Below the pieces are notes generated by a model. The model was not told the DNA's origin and searched no databases. It saw nothing but the letters and a program-made list of their open reading frames with translations. Source: Prasinococcaceae sp. CCMP 1430 (lineage: Eukaryota; Plantae; Prasinodermophyta). From it: a stretch of DNA of 64,000 nucleotides. Below, piece after piece: positions 1 through 11,128 of the stretch. A program made the position numbers and the translations under genes. Location: positions 85,780-149,779 of the forward strand of contig RQSC01001236.1 of assembly GCA_013416795.1 (NCBI GenBank), in the 5' to 3' direction. The number at the start of each line of letters is the position of its first letter. The first letter of the stretch is position 1.

Positions 1-1443
1 GCTTCTCCAGGCCGCGCCGCTCCTGCTCGTCGATAGCCTTCTCTGCCGCGGCGCGTTCGTGGCGTCTCTGAGCCCCCCTGGCATCGCGCTGGTCCTTTTC
101 AATCCGCGCAGCCGCGGCACCTTCGCAGTTCACGGCACCGCCGAGCGCGCGCTGGAGCTCTCGTGCACGCTCGAAGCCCACGCCAAGGAATCGCGCGCGG
201 TAACGCGCGGCAGCCTCCGCGTCTCCCGACGCCTCGCAGAGGGCCGTCAAGGCGCCACAGGCAAATGATTGTTTGGCACCATCATCTACTGCCGTCGCCT
301 GCGCCAGCAGTTTCTCGATCGTCTCACGGGCCTTGACAAACATGCCGAGCTTGCCTTGCTCGTTGCCAAGCGCTGCGAGCGCCTCCGCCTCCGCCGCCGC
401 ATCGCCGTCGCCACGCGCCGTGAGCGCCGCCCGCTCGAGCTCGCGCAGCCGCGGCTCCACGCGCGCCGTCTCCTTCGCACAGAACAGACGGAGGGCCTGC
501 GCCGAACAGCGAGTTGTATTCGGCCGTGCCCGCGTGGGTTGTCGCAGTCAGCGCACGCCATGCGGGTGCGCACGAGCGCACGCACTGGCGCGCAAGAGGG
601 GGGGAAACGCAGCAGCACGCGAAACGGCGCAAAATTGCGCGCGCGTACCTCCGTCTCGTCGGGCGCCTTGGCGCCAACGCTGTCCGCCGCCGCTGCCGCC
701 GCCTCACAGCTCCTCGCCGCCGCCCAGAAGCGACCCATTGAGCGCTCTGCCTCCGCCGCGGTCACGTGCGCCTTTGCTGCCGTGTGCGCATCTACGCAGG
801 CGGCGGCGCGCGCGTCATCGAGCGCGTCTTCGAGCCTGCCTCGCCTCTTCAGTGCGACACTTCGGTTGACGAGCACAACAGCGCGCTCGCGCGCAGGAAT
901 CTCGTCGGTGGGGAGCGCAAGTGCCGCATCATAGCATGCGCACGCCTTTATTAGCTCGCCGCGAGAGGCAAGCACCTTCCCGCGCTTGCGAAGGTCACGC
1001 GCGCGCTCCGCTGGGCTCTTGCCAGGGAGCTCGTGCTCCTCGTCGGGCAGCGGGTCGACCATCATTGCAGGGCCGCCTCGCGTCGCGCAAGTGCCTGCAA
1101 GTGCGCCCTGCGCGCCCTGTGGTCGCTTGAGCACATCGTTGATGTCGACCTCGGCCTCCTCGAGGTGCTCGATTTCGCGCCGGCGCGCGGCATGCTCACG
1201 CTCGTTCTCACGCTGTATCTCCTCCTCAATGTTTCGCGGCAGCCTGTCGCCACGCTTGAAGCGCTCGGTGGCGGGAGTCACCCTGCACGCCCCCGCCTCG
1301 AGGGACGCCATGTACGTCTCTTCAAGCTCGTAGGTGTGCTGCAACAGGTCCGACACCGTGCGGAAGCACTCGAGCGGGATGGGCCCCTTGCTGGGGATGG
1401 GTGGCCGGTTGCGCTCCCACTCGCGAATCTCCCAGTCCCACAT
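1..1443 (-). CDS. TPR-repeat protein, 3' end runs off the window; intron 497-648
   Basis: ATG at 1443 (MWDWEIREWERN). TPR-like helices (KRGKVLASRGELIKACACYDAALAL; VLVNRSVALKRRGRLEDALDDARAA). GTACGC...CGCAG intron restores an open frame (ALRLFCAKE...LGNEQGKLGMFVKARE) to the window edge. Confidence 0.7.
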
Positions 1444-1881
1444 GGCCGCCGGCCGCTCGGCCGGCCGGCCCGCACGGGCCCGATACCCTCCCTTCCGGCG
1501 CCCGACGTGCGTCGGCGCCTCCGGGGGCTGGGGGCGTTGCTCGGGCGGGTGGGCGCGCGCGCGCGCGCGCGCGCTCTGTAACGGCCCGCGCTGCGCCGCC
1601 TCGGGCGGACGGCCTTCGGTTGGGGAACTTTTTCCACCCTCGGACTTTCCACCGAATTCGCCTCGGAAAACCCCAATAATGGCATACAAAAAAGGATACG
1701 AGCCTTCATTTTGAACTAATTAGGGTAAATAATCATATCAGGGTTCCACATTGATACTGATTTAGATGTATCCAGCGTGTTGCAACATGGTTAGGGTTGG
1801 GAAAAGCCGTCGCGTTGGTTCCCCTTCCCCGAGAGCGGCGCGCAGAGGCCCTGCTGGAGCTGCGCCCGCCGCGCCGCCGCC

Positions 1882-1964
1882 CGCCACACGGCGGGCGCGG
1901 GGGGTGCGCTCCGCCGCGGCACCTCGCCACACGGCGGGCGCGGGGGGTGCGCTCCGCCGCGGCA
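1882..1964. repeat. Two-copy tandem repeat, 40-bp identical core, 43-bp period
   Basis: cgccacacggcgggcgcggggggtgcgctccgccgcggca at 1882-1921 and 1925-1964. Confidence 0.9.
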
Positions 1965-2369
1965 AGCCACAACCACCACGGACTTTGGTCGTGCACGTCC
2001 CAAGGGCGACGCCCCTCGTGTCGCCCCAAGCGCTCACCACCTCGACACCCCGCCCCCCCCCCCGGAGCGCTGCGGCGCAAGCGCGGAAAGCGCCCCCGCG
2101 CCGGGTGGTGCCATGCCGACCCCCCGCATGCTCGGTCTTGCCATCAGCTCGTCGCGGGGCGATGGTGAGCCAATGGTGCCCGCATCGCCCAGGGAAGTTG
2201 CCGCTGTTGAAAGGGGCGCAAGCGGCGGCGGCGCTGTGGTACGTGGGCGGAGCGGCCTGCCAGCACACGCCGAGCGCGCTCGCTGCAAGCAGGCCCCGCC
2301 GCTGCATGCGCGCGCGCCTTGCGCCCATCTGTCTGAGCAACTGCCGCCGCCGCGGACCACGCCTTTCAG

Positions 2370-4211
2370 ATGGATGCGGACGGTCCGGTGGCCGAGCCCA
2401 CCGCAGCCGCTGCGCCTGCTGCTGCGGCGGGCCCGCCCACCGTGAGGGGCGAATTAGCCCACTGTGATAGCCTGGAGATCAGCGCAGAGGGCACTTTGCA
2501 CCTACAGGGCGCGCAGACGGTGCACGAGTACAACATCAACGCGGCAGGCATGAAGCGGCAGGTCGCGACGGGCTCCACGCCGCGCGGCCGTGTCTTGGGC
2601 GGCGCCGGTGGCGCGCCCCAGGGCAGTGCGGACAACGGGGGCGGCGCAGACGACGAAGAGGCAGTGCACTTCCGATGTCCCGCCGAGAGTCTCGTGCCCA
2701 TCGGCGAAACTATCGGCACCGGGGTGAGCTCGCACGTGCGCGTGTCCGTGCACCTCGACACCCACCGCCTGGTCGCGGTGAAGGTGATTTCCGTTTTTGA
2801 CAGGGAGCGGCGGGCGATGGTGCTCAACGAGATTCGCGCACTGTGTGAGGCGCCCGCGTCGGCGCCAGGACTGGTGGACTTCTTCGGGGCATTCTACACG
2901 CCCGAGTCGGGCCAGCTTTCGCTTGTGCTGGAGTACATGGACGGTGGCTCGCTGCGCGACCTGGCGGAGAAGGCGCCTGGCAAGAGGCTGCCTGAGTCTG
3001 TGCTGCGTCACGCAGCTCGCGCGATGGCGCAAGGGCTGCTGCACCTCCACACGCGCCAGAAGCTCGTCCATAGGGACATTGTGCGTGGACTGCCGCAGCA
3101 AAGGGCGCCTCGCTCACAGCAGGCGTCCCTCGCCGCTCGTGCGCACAACTCCTTTGCATGGCGCTGACGCGCAGGCGCCGTGCGCGCGGCGCCCACTCGT
3201 GCTCGCTCCCTCACACAGAAACCCGACAACGTGCTCATTGGCCTCGACGGGTCTATCAAAATCACCGACTTCGGCATTTCCGCGGGGGTGGGCACAGAGA
3301 GCGGCACGGCCGCCGAAATGTGTGCCTCTTTCCGCGGCACGGTGACGTACATGTCTCCCGAACGCATCAATTCCGAGCCGTACTCGTTCCCGTGCGACAT
3401 CTGGGGGGTGGGGCTCGCCCTGTACGAGTTGGCCACAGGAGCGTACCCCTACAACGCGGGCTCGGAGGGCCCCTTCCAGCTCATGCTGCAGGTGATGCAC
3501 GACCCCGCGCCGGCGCTGCCAGCGGTGGACGCCCGGAGCGGTGTGTCCTTCTCCGACGAGTTTCGGGACTTCGTCGCCGGATGCCTCATCAAGGACCCGA
3601 AGGCGCGCCCGACAGCCGCGCAGCTGCTCGCGCACCCCTTCCTGTCGCAGGTGGACGCCGCTGGACCGGGAGCGCTCGAGGTCGAGCGTGCCGAGACGGC
3701 GACATTCGTCTCGTCGGTGATCAACCCAGCGCAGAGGCTGCAGCACACCGCCGAGATGTTCGCCGAATTCTTCTACGCGGTATTCGATGACGACTCCCTG
3801 CGGCAGCGTGAGCTGATAAGGCTGTACAGCAACGAGTCGCGGCTGAGCGTCGAGGGGGAGGTCGCGGTCGGCGCGCATGCGGCAACCGCGATGCTGAGGG
3901 ACTACCGCACAGCGCTCGCGGTGAGCTCGGGGAATCGACCCATCAAACACAGGCTGCTGCACGTGGACGCGCAGCAGCTCGCGGGGGCGCACGCCGACGA
4001 GTTCGCGGCGGCCGGGGCGTGCCTGCTGGTGCACGTGCAGGGCGAGGTGTTGGCGTTGCACGCTGGCGCACATGGCGAGGAGCGCTCCATAGGCGGATTC
4101 GCCGAGGTATTCGTTGTTGGCAGCGCGGCGGCGTTCGCTGCAGGCGCACACGGCGCGGCGTGGGGAGGCGGGTCGATGCTCGTGCACTCACAAGTGCGCA
4201 GGCAGCTCTGA
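2370..4211 (+). CDS. MKK3: MAP kinase kinase with C-terminal NTF2-like domain (plant group B, MKK3-like); intron 3081-3218
   Basis: IGTGVSSHV Gly loop, VAVK, HRDI|KPDN joined across a GT-AG intron, DFG, CASFRGTVTYMSPER. The C-terminal FFYAVFDD...LYSNESRLSVEG segment is NTF2-like. The last few codons may be spliced differently. Confidence 0.85.
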
Positions 4212-4412
4212 GCCCACGTGCCCTCATTCCACTCGCGCATGCGCGCGCGTCCAAGTGCTCATGCCGAGTACGACGGCTCATCAATAATCACAAACATACA
4301 AGATTTGGTGTACACTGTGGCGGCCACGAGCAGCGCCGACACTGCCCCCACCACCACCCTCACCTAGCGCTGCTGTGCGCGAGCGTACAAGCCAGGGCCG
4401 CCTGCGTCGTGC

Positions 4413-5450
4413 TTACTGATCCAACTTGAACTCGGGCGAGAGCATGGCCTGCCGCCTGCTGCGGCGGCCCCCCGTCGTCGGCGGCGCCGCAGGAGTTTTC
4501 GCCTTCTTTGCGGCGGGCGTCTTGGCCTTGGCGGGCGTCTTGGCCTTGGCGGGCGTCTTGGCCTTGGCGGGCGTCTTGGCCTTGGCGGGCGTCTTGGCCT
4601 TGGCGGGCGTCTTGGCCTTGGCGGGCGTCTTGGCCTTCGGCAGCTCCTCGTCGAGCTCCTCGTCGGCCTTGCGCTGACTCTTCTTGGCCGCGGGCGTCTT
4701 GCGCGCCTTGCCAGCCTTAGCAGGACCAACGGGCGTCGCCGCGTCGAAGCTCACACCCTTGGCCTGCTTCGCACTCGCTTTCGGCTTCTTCGCCGCCCTC
4801 ACAGTCTCCGGCTGCTGCTGCTCTGTGTCCTCCGCGCCCTCACCCGCGCCCTCCCCCCCCGCGCCGCTGACGGCGGCCACGTACCCCCCGAAGTCGTAAT
4901 CGATGCCCACGGCGGCAATCTTCTTGCGCCGCTTGGCCTCGCTCTTGACAAGCCTCTTTGTCTGCACCTCGACCTCCTCGGCAGTGCGCTTGCGGTTGCG
5001 CCTCGCGTTGTCCAGCTTCTTCCACGGCACTTTACGGAAGGCGCGGTTTGCCCCGACGAAGGTGTCCGGGTGTACTTCCGCGTCGTCCATGACGCGGCAC
5101 TGCAGGAGCTGGTCGAACATGAGGTAGTTGTGCATGGCGCCCGCGGCGATGGCAGCCACGCCCGCGTCCTCGAACTCGAGGAAGGCGTAGTGCTTGGACT
5201 TGCCCGTCTTCTTGTTGCGGCTGAGGCGCCAGCGCGTAATCTCGCCGAACTGCTCGAAGAAGGCCTTCAGCTGAGCCTCATAGAAGCCATGCGGAATGTG
5301 CCCAACGTACACAACTCGTCCCTTCCCCCCAGGCGCCGCGGGTCTCTTCCCCTGTTTGCCTCCCTTGCCCCCCTTGCCGCCGGCGCCGGCGTCCCCCCCG
5401 ACGGGCGCGGCGGCGCCCGCGCCTTCGAGCGGCACGAAGTCGTCCGCGCG
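4413..5450 (-). CDS. NIFK: Nucleolar RRM protein of the NIFK/Nop15 family; 5' end lost in gap
   Basis: VVYVGHIPHGFYE...RLSRNKKTGKSKHYAFLEF...AMHNYLMFDQLLQC...F..ANRAFRKVPW, followed by a basic tail. Confidence 0.85.
   Translation of the reverse strand, partial: RADDFVPLEGAGAAAPVGGDAGAGGKGGKGGKQGKRPAAPGGKGRVVYVGHIPHGFYEAQLKAFFEQFGEITRWRLSRNKKTGKSKHYAFLEFEDAGVAAIAAGAMHNYLMFDQLLQCRVMDDAEVHPDTFVGANRAFRKVPWKKLDNARRNRKRTAEEVEVQTKRLVKSEAKRRKKIAAVGIDYDFGGYVAAVSGAGGEGAGEGAEDTEQQQPETVRAAKKPKASAKQAKGVSFDAATPVGPAKAGKARKTPAAKKSQRKADEELDEELPKAKTPAKAKTPAKAKTPAKAKTPAKAKTPAKAKTPAKAKTPAAKKAKTPAAPPTTGGRRSRRQAMLSPEFKLDQ
4513..4638 (-). repeat. Coding 18-bp tandem repeat x7 (KAKTPA)
   Basis: gcgggcgtcttggccttg repeated 7 times; only the last base of the last copy differs. 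Confidence 0.95.
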
Positions 5451-6081
5451 NNNNNNNNNNNNNNNNNNNNNNNNNNNNNNNNNNNNNNNNNNNNNNNNNN
5501 NNNNNNNNNNNNNNNNNNNNNNNNNNNNNNNNNNNNNNNNNNNNNNNNNNNNNNNNNNNNNNNNNNNNNNNNNNNNNNNNNNNNNNNNNNNNNNNNNNNN
5601 NNNNNNNNNNNNNNNNNNNNNNNNNNNNNNNNNNNNNNNNNNNNNNNNNNNNNNNNNNNNNNNNNNNNNNNNNNNNNNNNNNNNNNNNNNNNNNNNNNNN
5701 NNNNNNNNNNNNNNNNNNNNNNNNNNNNNNNNNNNNNNNNNNNNNNNNNNNNNNNNNNNNNNNNNNNNNNNNNNNNNNNNNNNNNNNNNNNNNNNNNNNN
5801 NNNNNNNNNNNNNNNNNNNNNNNNNNNNNNNNNNNNNNNNNNNNNNNNNNNNNNNNNNNNNNNNNNNNNNNNNNNNNNNNNNNNNNNNNNNNNNNNNNNN
5901 NNNNNNNNNNNNNNNNNNNNNNNNNNNNNNNNNNNNNNNNNNNNNNNNNNNNNNNNNNNNNNNNNNNNNNNNNNNNNNNNNNNNNNNNNNNNNNNNNNNN
6001 NNNNNNNNNNNNNNNNNNNNNNNNNNNNNNNNNNNNNNNNNNNNNNNNNNNNNNNNNNNNNNNNNNNNNNNNNNNNNNNNN
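5451..6081. other. Assembly gap (631 N) covering the NIFK and OHP2 5' ends
   Basis: Run of N. Confidence 1.
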
Positions 6082-6683
6082 GGCGCGGCGCGGCGGGCGG
6101 CGCGTAGGGGCGCGCGCGCGTGCGAGGCCGTGTCGACCGAGGCGCAGAGCGAGACGGTCATCACGTTCGAGGAGCAGCGCCGCATCGCCAAGGCAATGAC
6201 GCAGTACTACGAGGACGTCAAGGTGCGCACGCGCTTGAGACTCTGCTGTGGCGCGGGGCGCGCGACACGAGCCACGCGGCGGCGCGAGCGTCGGGCGCCG
6301 CCGCGGTGCCGCGCCGCCGCCTCGGCCAAAGGGGCGCTTGCAAAAGCACCGGCAGGGCGAGTTTACTCGCGCCGGGTGCGCTGTCGACCAGCCGAGTATG
6401 TCGGACCGCTGCTGACGTGCATTTGGCGTTCGATCCAACGTCCGCGTGCCGCTTTGTGCTGCGACCCACCCCGCCGCCCCGCTGCATCGCGCAATAGCTT
6501 GACGCTGAGTACGAGGCAGGGTTCGGGCTCGGGTGGACCGAGGACAACGAGATCATCAATGGCCGCTGGGCCATGATGGGGTTCCTCATCGGTGGTCTCA
6601 CCGAGTACGCCAACGGCATCAGCTTCACCGACCAGGTTGCCATCACGCTCTCCAACCTGGGCATTGTTGACACAGGCTTCTAA
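6082..6683 (+). CDS. OHP2: One-helix chlorophyll-binding protein OHP2; intron 6223-6497; 5' end in gap
   Basis: Spliced product ITFEEQRRIAKAMTQYYEDVK|LDAEY...WTEDNEIINGRWAMMGFLIGGLTEYANGISFTDQVAITLSNLGIVD matches the OHP2 pattern (ExxNGRWAM; LTEYATG...DQV..LLSNFGIVD). Confidence 0.9.
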
Positions 6684-7024
6684 GCGCCCCGGTAGGCATG
6701 TACTTTTAAAACGACTTCGGTCAGAGCCCTGAAGGGTGATGCAACTGGATGGGTATGGCAAGAGAGCGCCCAAGGTGCCGCGTCCGCATGAGTACTGTGC
6801 CTTGTACAAAAAAATATGCGCTTTTTACCCCGCGCGCAGTGCAGTGCCGTGAGCGACGTCGCCGAGCCTCGCTTGCACACCCGCTCGCTCGCTCGCTCGC
6901 TGCGGCAACTTCCCCTCCGCGAGCCGTGCGAAAGCATCCAAGCCCGCGCGCACATGCCACACTCGCCGCGCCGGGGCGATGCCGCGTCGCCGCCGAAGGT
7001 GCCCCGAGACATCTAGCTAGCTAC

Positions 7025-7814
7025 CTACACGAGGTACTTGATCACGCCTTCGTCATGCTGCAGGTGGTCGCGCGTTGGTTGCTCCCGCGGCGGGCCGTCG
7101 TCGCCCTCGAAGCCGACGTGCACCACGGCGACGCATCGCTCGTCGGCGTGGCTGTACCCGCAAAGAGCGGCGAACGACTGGGTGCGACACGCGCGCGGCG
7201 TGCACCAGCGCGTGCCAATATTCTCAGCAGACAACGACAGGATCATGTTTTGCGTGGCGGCAGCCGCCGCGAGCACCATCTCCTCCCCGGCGGCCGCGGC
7301 GGCCGCGCGCTCGCCATTGCTGCCGTTGTCCTCCTTGGCGGGGAGGCGCACGCGCGGCGCAGTCACCACGACCATCTCCGACGGCGTGCGCCACAGCTCC
7401 GCGTCGCCGCTATCGATGTCGCAGTCCCCGCTGTCGATGCATGCGGTCGCCTGCTCCTCGGAGACCAGGTCCACCAGCGCGGCGCGCGTCTCCTCGCCCA
7501 GGAAGTAGAACTTCCACGGCTCGAAGGGCACCTGCATTGCGGTGCCCGGCCGCGGCGCGCACCGCGCGGACTGGATCGCCCGCATGAGTGCGCCTTTCGG
7601 CACCTGACGCGCCGGGTCGAATCCGCGCACCTCCCGTGTGCCCTCGATCACGCGCTGGGTCGCAGATGCCGTGAACACAGACACGGTTGCCTCCAAGCGC
7701 TCCTCGGCGGAGGCAACGCCGCCGAAGGGTTCCCTCGGAAGAGCCGAGGCCGCGGCTCCCGCTGCCGCCGACGCGCCGCCGAGCGCGCGCCCTCCCGCGC
7801 GCCGCGCTCCGCTC
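7025..7814 (-). CDS. Nitroreductase-family flavoprotein; 5' end in gap
   Basis: RAIQSARCAP...PWKFYFLG...VVV...AAAATQNMILSLSAENIGTRW, the YdjA-like nitroreductase pattern. Confidence 0.7.
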
Positions 7815-8314
7815 NNNNNNNNNNNNNNNNNNNNNNNNNNNNNNNNNNNNNNNNNNNNNNNNNNNNNNNNNNNNNNNNNNNNNNNNNNNNNNNNNNNNNN
7901 NNNNNNNNNNNNNNNNNNNNNNNNNNNNNNNNNNNNNNNNNNNNNNNNNNNNNNNNNNNNNNNNNNNNNNNNNNNNNNNNNNNNNNNNNNNNNNNNNNNN
8001 NNNNNNNNNNNNNNNNNNNNNNNNNNNNNNNNNNNNNNNNNNNNNNNNNNNNNNNNNNNNNNNNNNNNNNNNNNNNNNNNNNNNNNNNNNNNNNNNNNNN
8101 NNNNNNNNNNNNNNNNNNNNNNNNNNNNNNNNNNNNNNNNNNNNNNNNNNNNNNNNNNNNNNNNNNNNNNNNNNNNNNNNNNNNNNNNNNNNNNNNNNNN
8201 NNNNNNNNNNNNNNNNNNNNNNNNNNNNNNNNNNNNNNNNNNNNNNNNNNNNNNNNNNNNNNNNNNNNNNNNNNNNNNNNNNNNNNNNNNNNNNNNNNNN
8301 NNNNNNNNNNNNNN
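7815..8314. other. Assembly gap (500 N)
   Basis: Run of N. Confidence 1.
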
Positions 8315-8475
8315 TGCCGCGCGGCGTGGCGCTGCGCGGCGCGGACTGGCGGCCCGCGGGCTGCCCGGTGGCGGCCTGCGGGCTGGTGGGGCAGAGTGGT
8401 CGCAGCGCCTTCCCACGTGCCTTCAGCCAACCTGCCGCCCCACCCCCCCCGCATCTACCTTCCAGAGGAGCGGCG

Positions 8476-9544
8476 ATGGCAGGCAGCACGGTCAATCTCG
8501 CGTGGACGGTCGTGAGCTCCGACACGCTGGCAGCGGTTGGCGAGGAGCGCTCCGCAGCGGGGCAGGCGGAGCTGCTCGCGACAGCGCTGGGCGTCGAGGG
8601 CATGGGCGCTGATGGCGCGGCGGGGGAGCGCGCGGCCATCTTGAGCGACATGTACGCCAACGCGTACCGCTTTGCACTCGAGCAACGCTTCACCGGGGAG
8701 AAGATCTCCGCGCTGCTTGCCATCATCCACAGGGTGCACAGCTCGGCGGTCGGCGAGTGCTTGACGATGCCGCGCGCGTTCGCGCTCTTCAAGGAGCTCG
8801 CGCTGCAGCACTCCGTGCAAAGGCCGCCCTACAGCGTCGGAGTGTTCAGCCTCGCCGACATGAAGGCGGTGGTGAACTTCGGCCTGCTCGGCTACTTCAA
8901 ACACTACAAGGTGAGGCAGTGCAAGAGCCTGCACGCCCGCGTGCGTGCCGCCGACCACCAGGAATAGTCACGTGCTGCGGTTCCACGTGCTGTGATCGCC
9001 GTCACACCCCCTGAGAGATCTGTGCCCTCCCGCCGCGGGCGGACGGGTCTGCGCGGGCACTCACGATTCGTCGCGCTGACCCCCAACCGCCGATCACCGC
9101 CCGCGTGCGCTCGCGCGCCATGCGTGTCCTCTTGCCCCCCCGTCCAACTGCGACGCGCAGCTGTACATGTACGCGTTCACGAAGAAGCGCCTCACCAACC
9201 TGAGCGAGCGGGGGGATCTGTGCGAGGCGCCCCCCGCACTGCCACCGCTTGGCGGCGCAATGACGCAGGAGGAGTGGCTAGAACTCAAGGAGAAGGAGCG
9301 GCTAGAGGAGGAGGAGCGCAAGCGTGCCGAGGAGGAGGCCGCAGCGGCCAAACGCGAGGAGGAGATCAAGGCAAAGATCCAAGAGGAGTACGAGACCGCG
9401 TTGGGCGACGATGTGGCCGCGCAGGTGCAGGCCGTCTTCGACCGGCAATTGCCGGAGATGGAGGCCACGCTCAAGGCTAAGTACGAGAGCGAGACAGCCG
9501 CGCTGGCCGAGCGCCTGGCCGCGCTCGAGGCGGGGGGCGCGTAG
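8476..9544 (+). CDS. CFAP119: Flagellar central-pair C1a-32/CLAMP-family protein (CFAP119/CCDC189-like); intron 8911-9160
   Basis: DMYANAYRFALEQRFTGEKISALLAI...FKELALQHSVQRPPYSVGVFSLADMKAVVNF...YFKHYK|LYMYAFT, then an acidic coiled coil. Confidence 0.75.
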
Positions 9545-9706
9545 GCGCGCATGCGCGTGCCCGTACTTTCTGCATGTATTCATGGTAACATAGGGGCGTG
9601 GAAGAGCTGGGGTGGCTTGCAGGAGCGCGCCAGCGCCCGCGCGCGACTCCCCGCAGCCGGAGAGCGCGCTTCACGCGCGGCGCGTCTCCGGCCGGAAAGA
9701 TGCCCG

Positions 9707-11056
9707 TCAGTACGGCGAGGAGTGAGAACTTCTTCTCCTCGCGTACAGGTCTGCGAACTTTTTCTCAAGCTCGTCGCAGTGCGGCTTGGGGTAGGCGTCC
9801 GACACCGCGTTGCGCGAGCGGTATCGCCTGCTGCGTTCCTGCCGCTTCTCGGCCTGGCACCGCATCGACAGAACTTCGTGGTAGTCTTCCTCGACGGCCC
9901 GCTCTTGCCGCTTCCGCAAATTGGTCCCCGGCGGGTACTGCCTGTCGAACTTGTCCACGCTTGGTACGAAGAAGGGGACGTCGCGCTGTTCCGTGGAGAG
10001 CCCCACGGGGAAGGCGCTGCTGCGGTCCAACGAGTACGAGTAGCCGCCCGTGCCGTCGCTGGCGAAGAGCGTGAAGAGCATCACCAGCAGGATGGGCACG
10101 AACTGCATGATCATCTGGCGCGTCTGCGCCGCCTGCGCGGCACGCCTCTCCTCGGCCGACATCGGCCGCTGCTGCCTGCGCCCGCCTCCCATCCCGCCGA
10201 ACTGTGTGCGGAAGACCCGCGCGCGCGGATCCATCCCCCCCCCGAAGTTCGTGCCGAAGAACTGCCTGAATATCTCCTCGGGATCGATCTCGCCATCAAA
10301 GCCGCCGCCGCCGCCGCGGTACGCCCGGCGCGCCCCCGCCGCCTGCGCCGCCTGCATCTGCTCGTCGTCCATCCCAAAACGATCGTAGTTGGCGCGCTTG
10401 TCGCTGTCGCTCAGCACCGCGTACGCCTTGGACACCTTCTTAAACGCCTCCTCCGCGCCCTCGGCCTTGTTTTTGTCGGGGTGCAGCTTGATCGCCGTCT
10501 TGCGGTACGCCTTCTTCACCTCGGTGTCGGCGCACCCCTTCGACAGGCCGAGCACCTCGTAGTGGCACTCGGCGCGCAGGATGCGGCGCACGGCGGCGAT
10601 CTCCTCCGGCGTCCCCGGGTCCCTCCCCGCGCTGGCACTCGTCGCACCCGACGACGAGGGCTGTGGCGACGGCTGCGCCCCCGCGCGCGCGCCGCCCGAG
10701 CCGCCCGCGTGCGTGCGCTCGTCGTGCCAGGCGCCCGCGTACGCGTGGGGGGGTGCGCACGCGTGCCAGGCGCAGGCGCAGGCGCACGCGCACGCGCGCG
10801 CGTGCACATGCGGGCATGCGCTCGCGAGCACGAGCTCATTCACGCAACCGGGATGGCGCCCACGCGCCCACGTGGGTGCGAGCGCGCATGTGCACCCGAG
10901 CACCCACGTGCATGGGTACGGCGGGCCGCGCCGAGCTTTCACGAGCGAGGCGGCCGACGCGGGCAACACTGAGACCGCAGATGTGCGCACCCTTGCGAAG
11001 GGGGGCAGCAGTACTCGCGACGGTGGACGCGTGTCCGTGCGATTCACGCGTGCCAT
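9707..11056 (-). CDS. DNAJB12: ER J-protein, DNAJB12/14-like (J domain, G/F region, TM helix, DUF1977); 5' structure uncertain
   Basis: HYEVLG...[43 protein letters not shown]; [12 protein letters not shown]; [14 protein letters not shown]; ERAVEEDY...CQAEK. The region 10680-11056 may include an intron. Confidence 0.8.
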   Translation of the reverse strand: MARVNRTDTRPPSRVLLPPFARVRTSAVSVLPASAASLVKARRGPPYPCTWVLGCTCALAPTWARGRHPGCVNELVLASACPHVHARACACACACAWHACAPPHAYAGAWHDERTHAGGSGGARAGAQPSPQPSSSGATSASAGRDPGTPEEIAAVRRILRAECHYEVLGLSKGCADTEVKKAYRKTAIKLHPDKNKAEGAEEAFKKVSKAYAVLSDSDKRANYDRFGMDDEQMQAAQAAGARRAYRGGGGGFDGEIDPEEIFRQFFGTNFGGGMDPRARVFRTQFGGMGGGRRQQRPMSAEERRAAQAAQTRQMIMQFVPILLVMLFTLFASDGTGGYSYSLDRSSAFPVGLSTEQRDVPFFVPSVDKFDRQYPPGTNLRKRQERAVEEDYHEVLSMRCQAEKRQERSRRYRSRNAVSDAYPKPHCDELEKKFADLYARRRSSHSSPY

Positions 11057-11128
11057 GCAGGCCAAGCTCGAGGAAATAGTCGAAGAGCTCGGCGTCAGCG
11101 CCAGGGAGCGGGTGTGGCAGCCGCGGCG

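Noticed and set aside
5070-8967. ORFs that read through N runs
   Set aside because: Apparent length comes from translating gaps as X.
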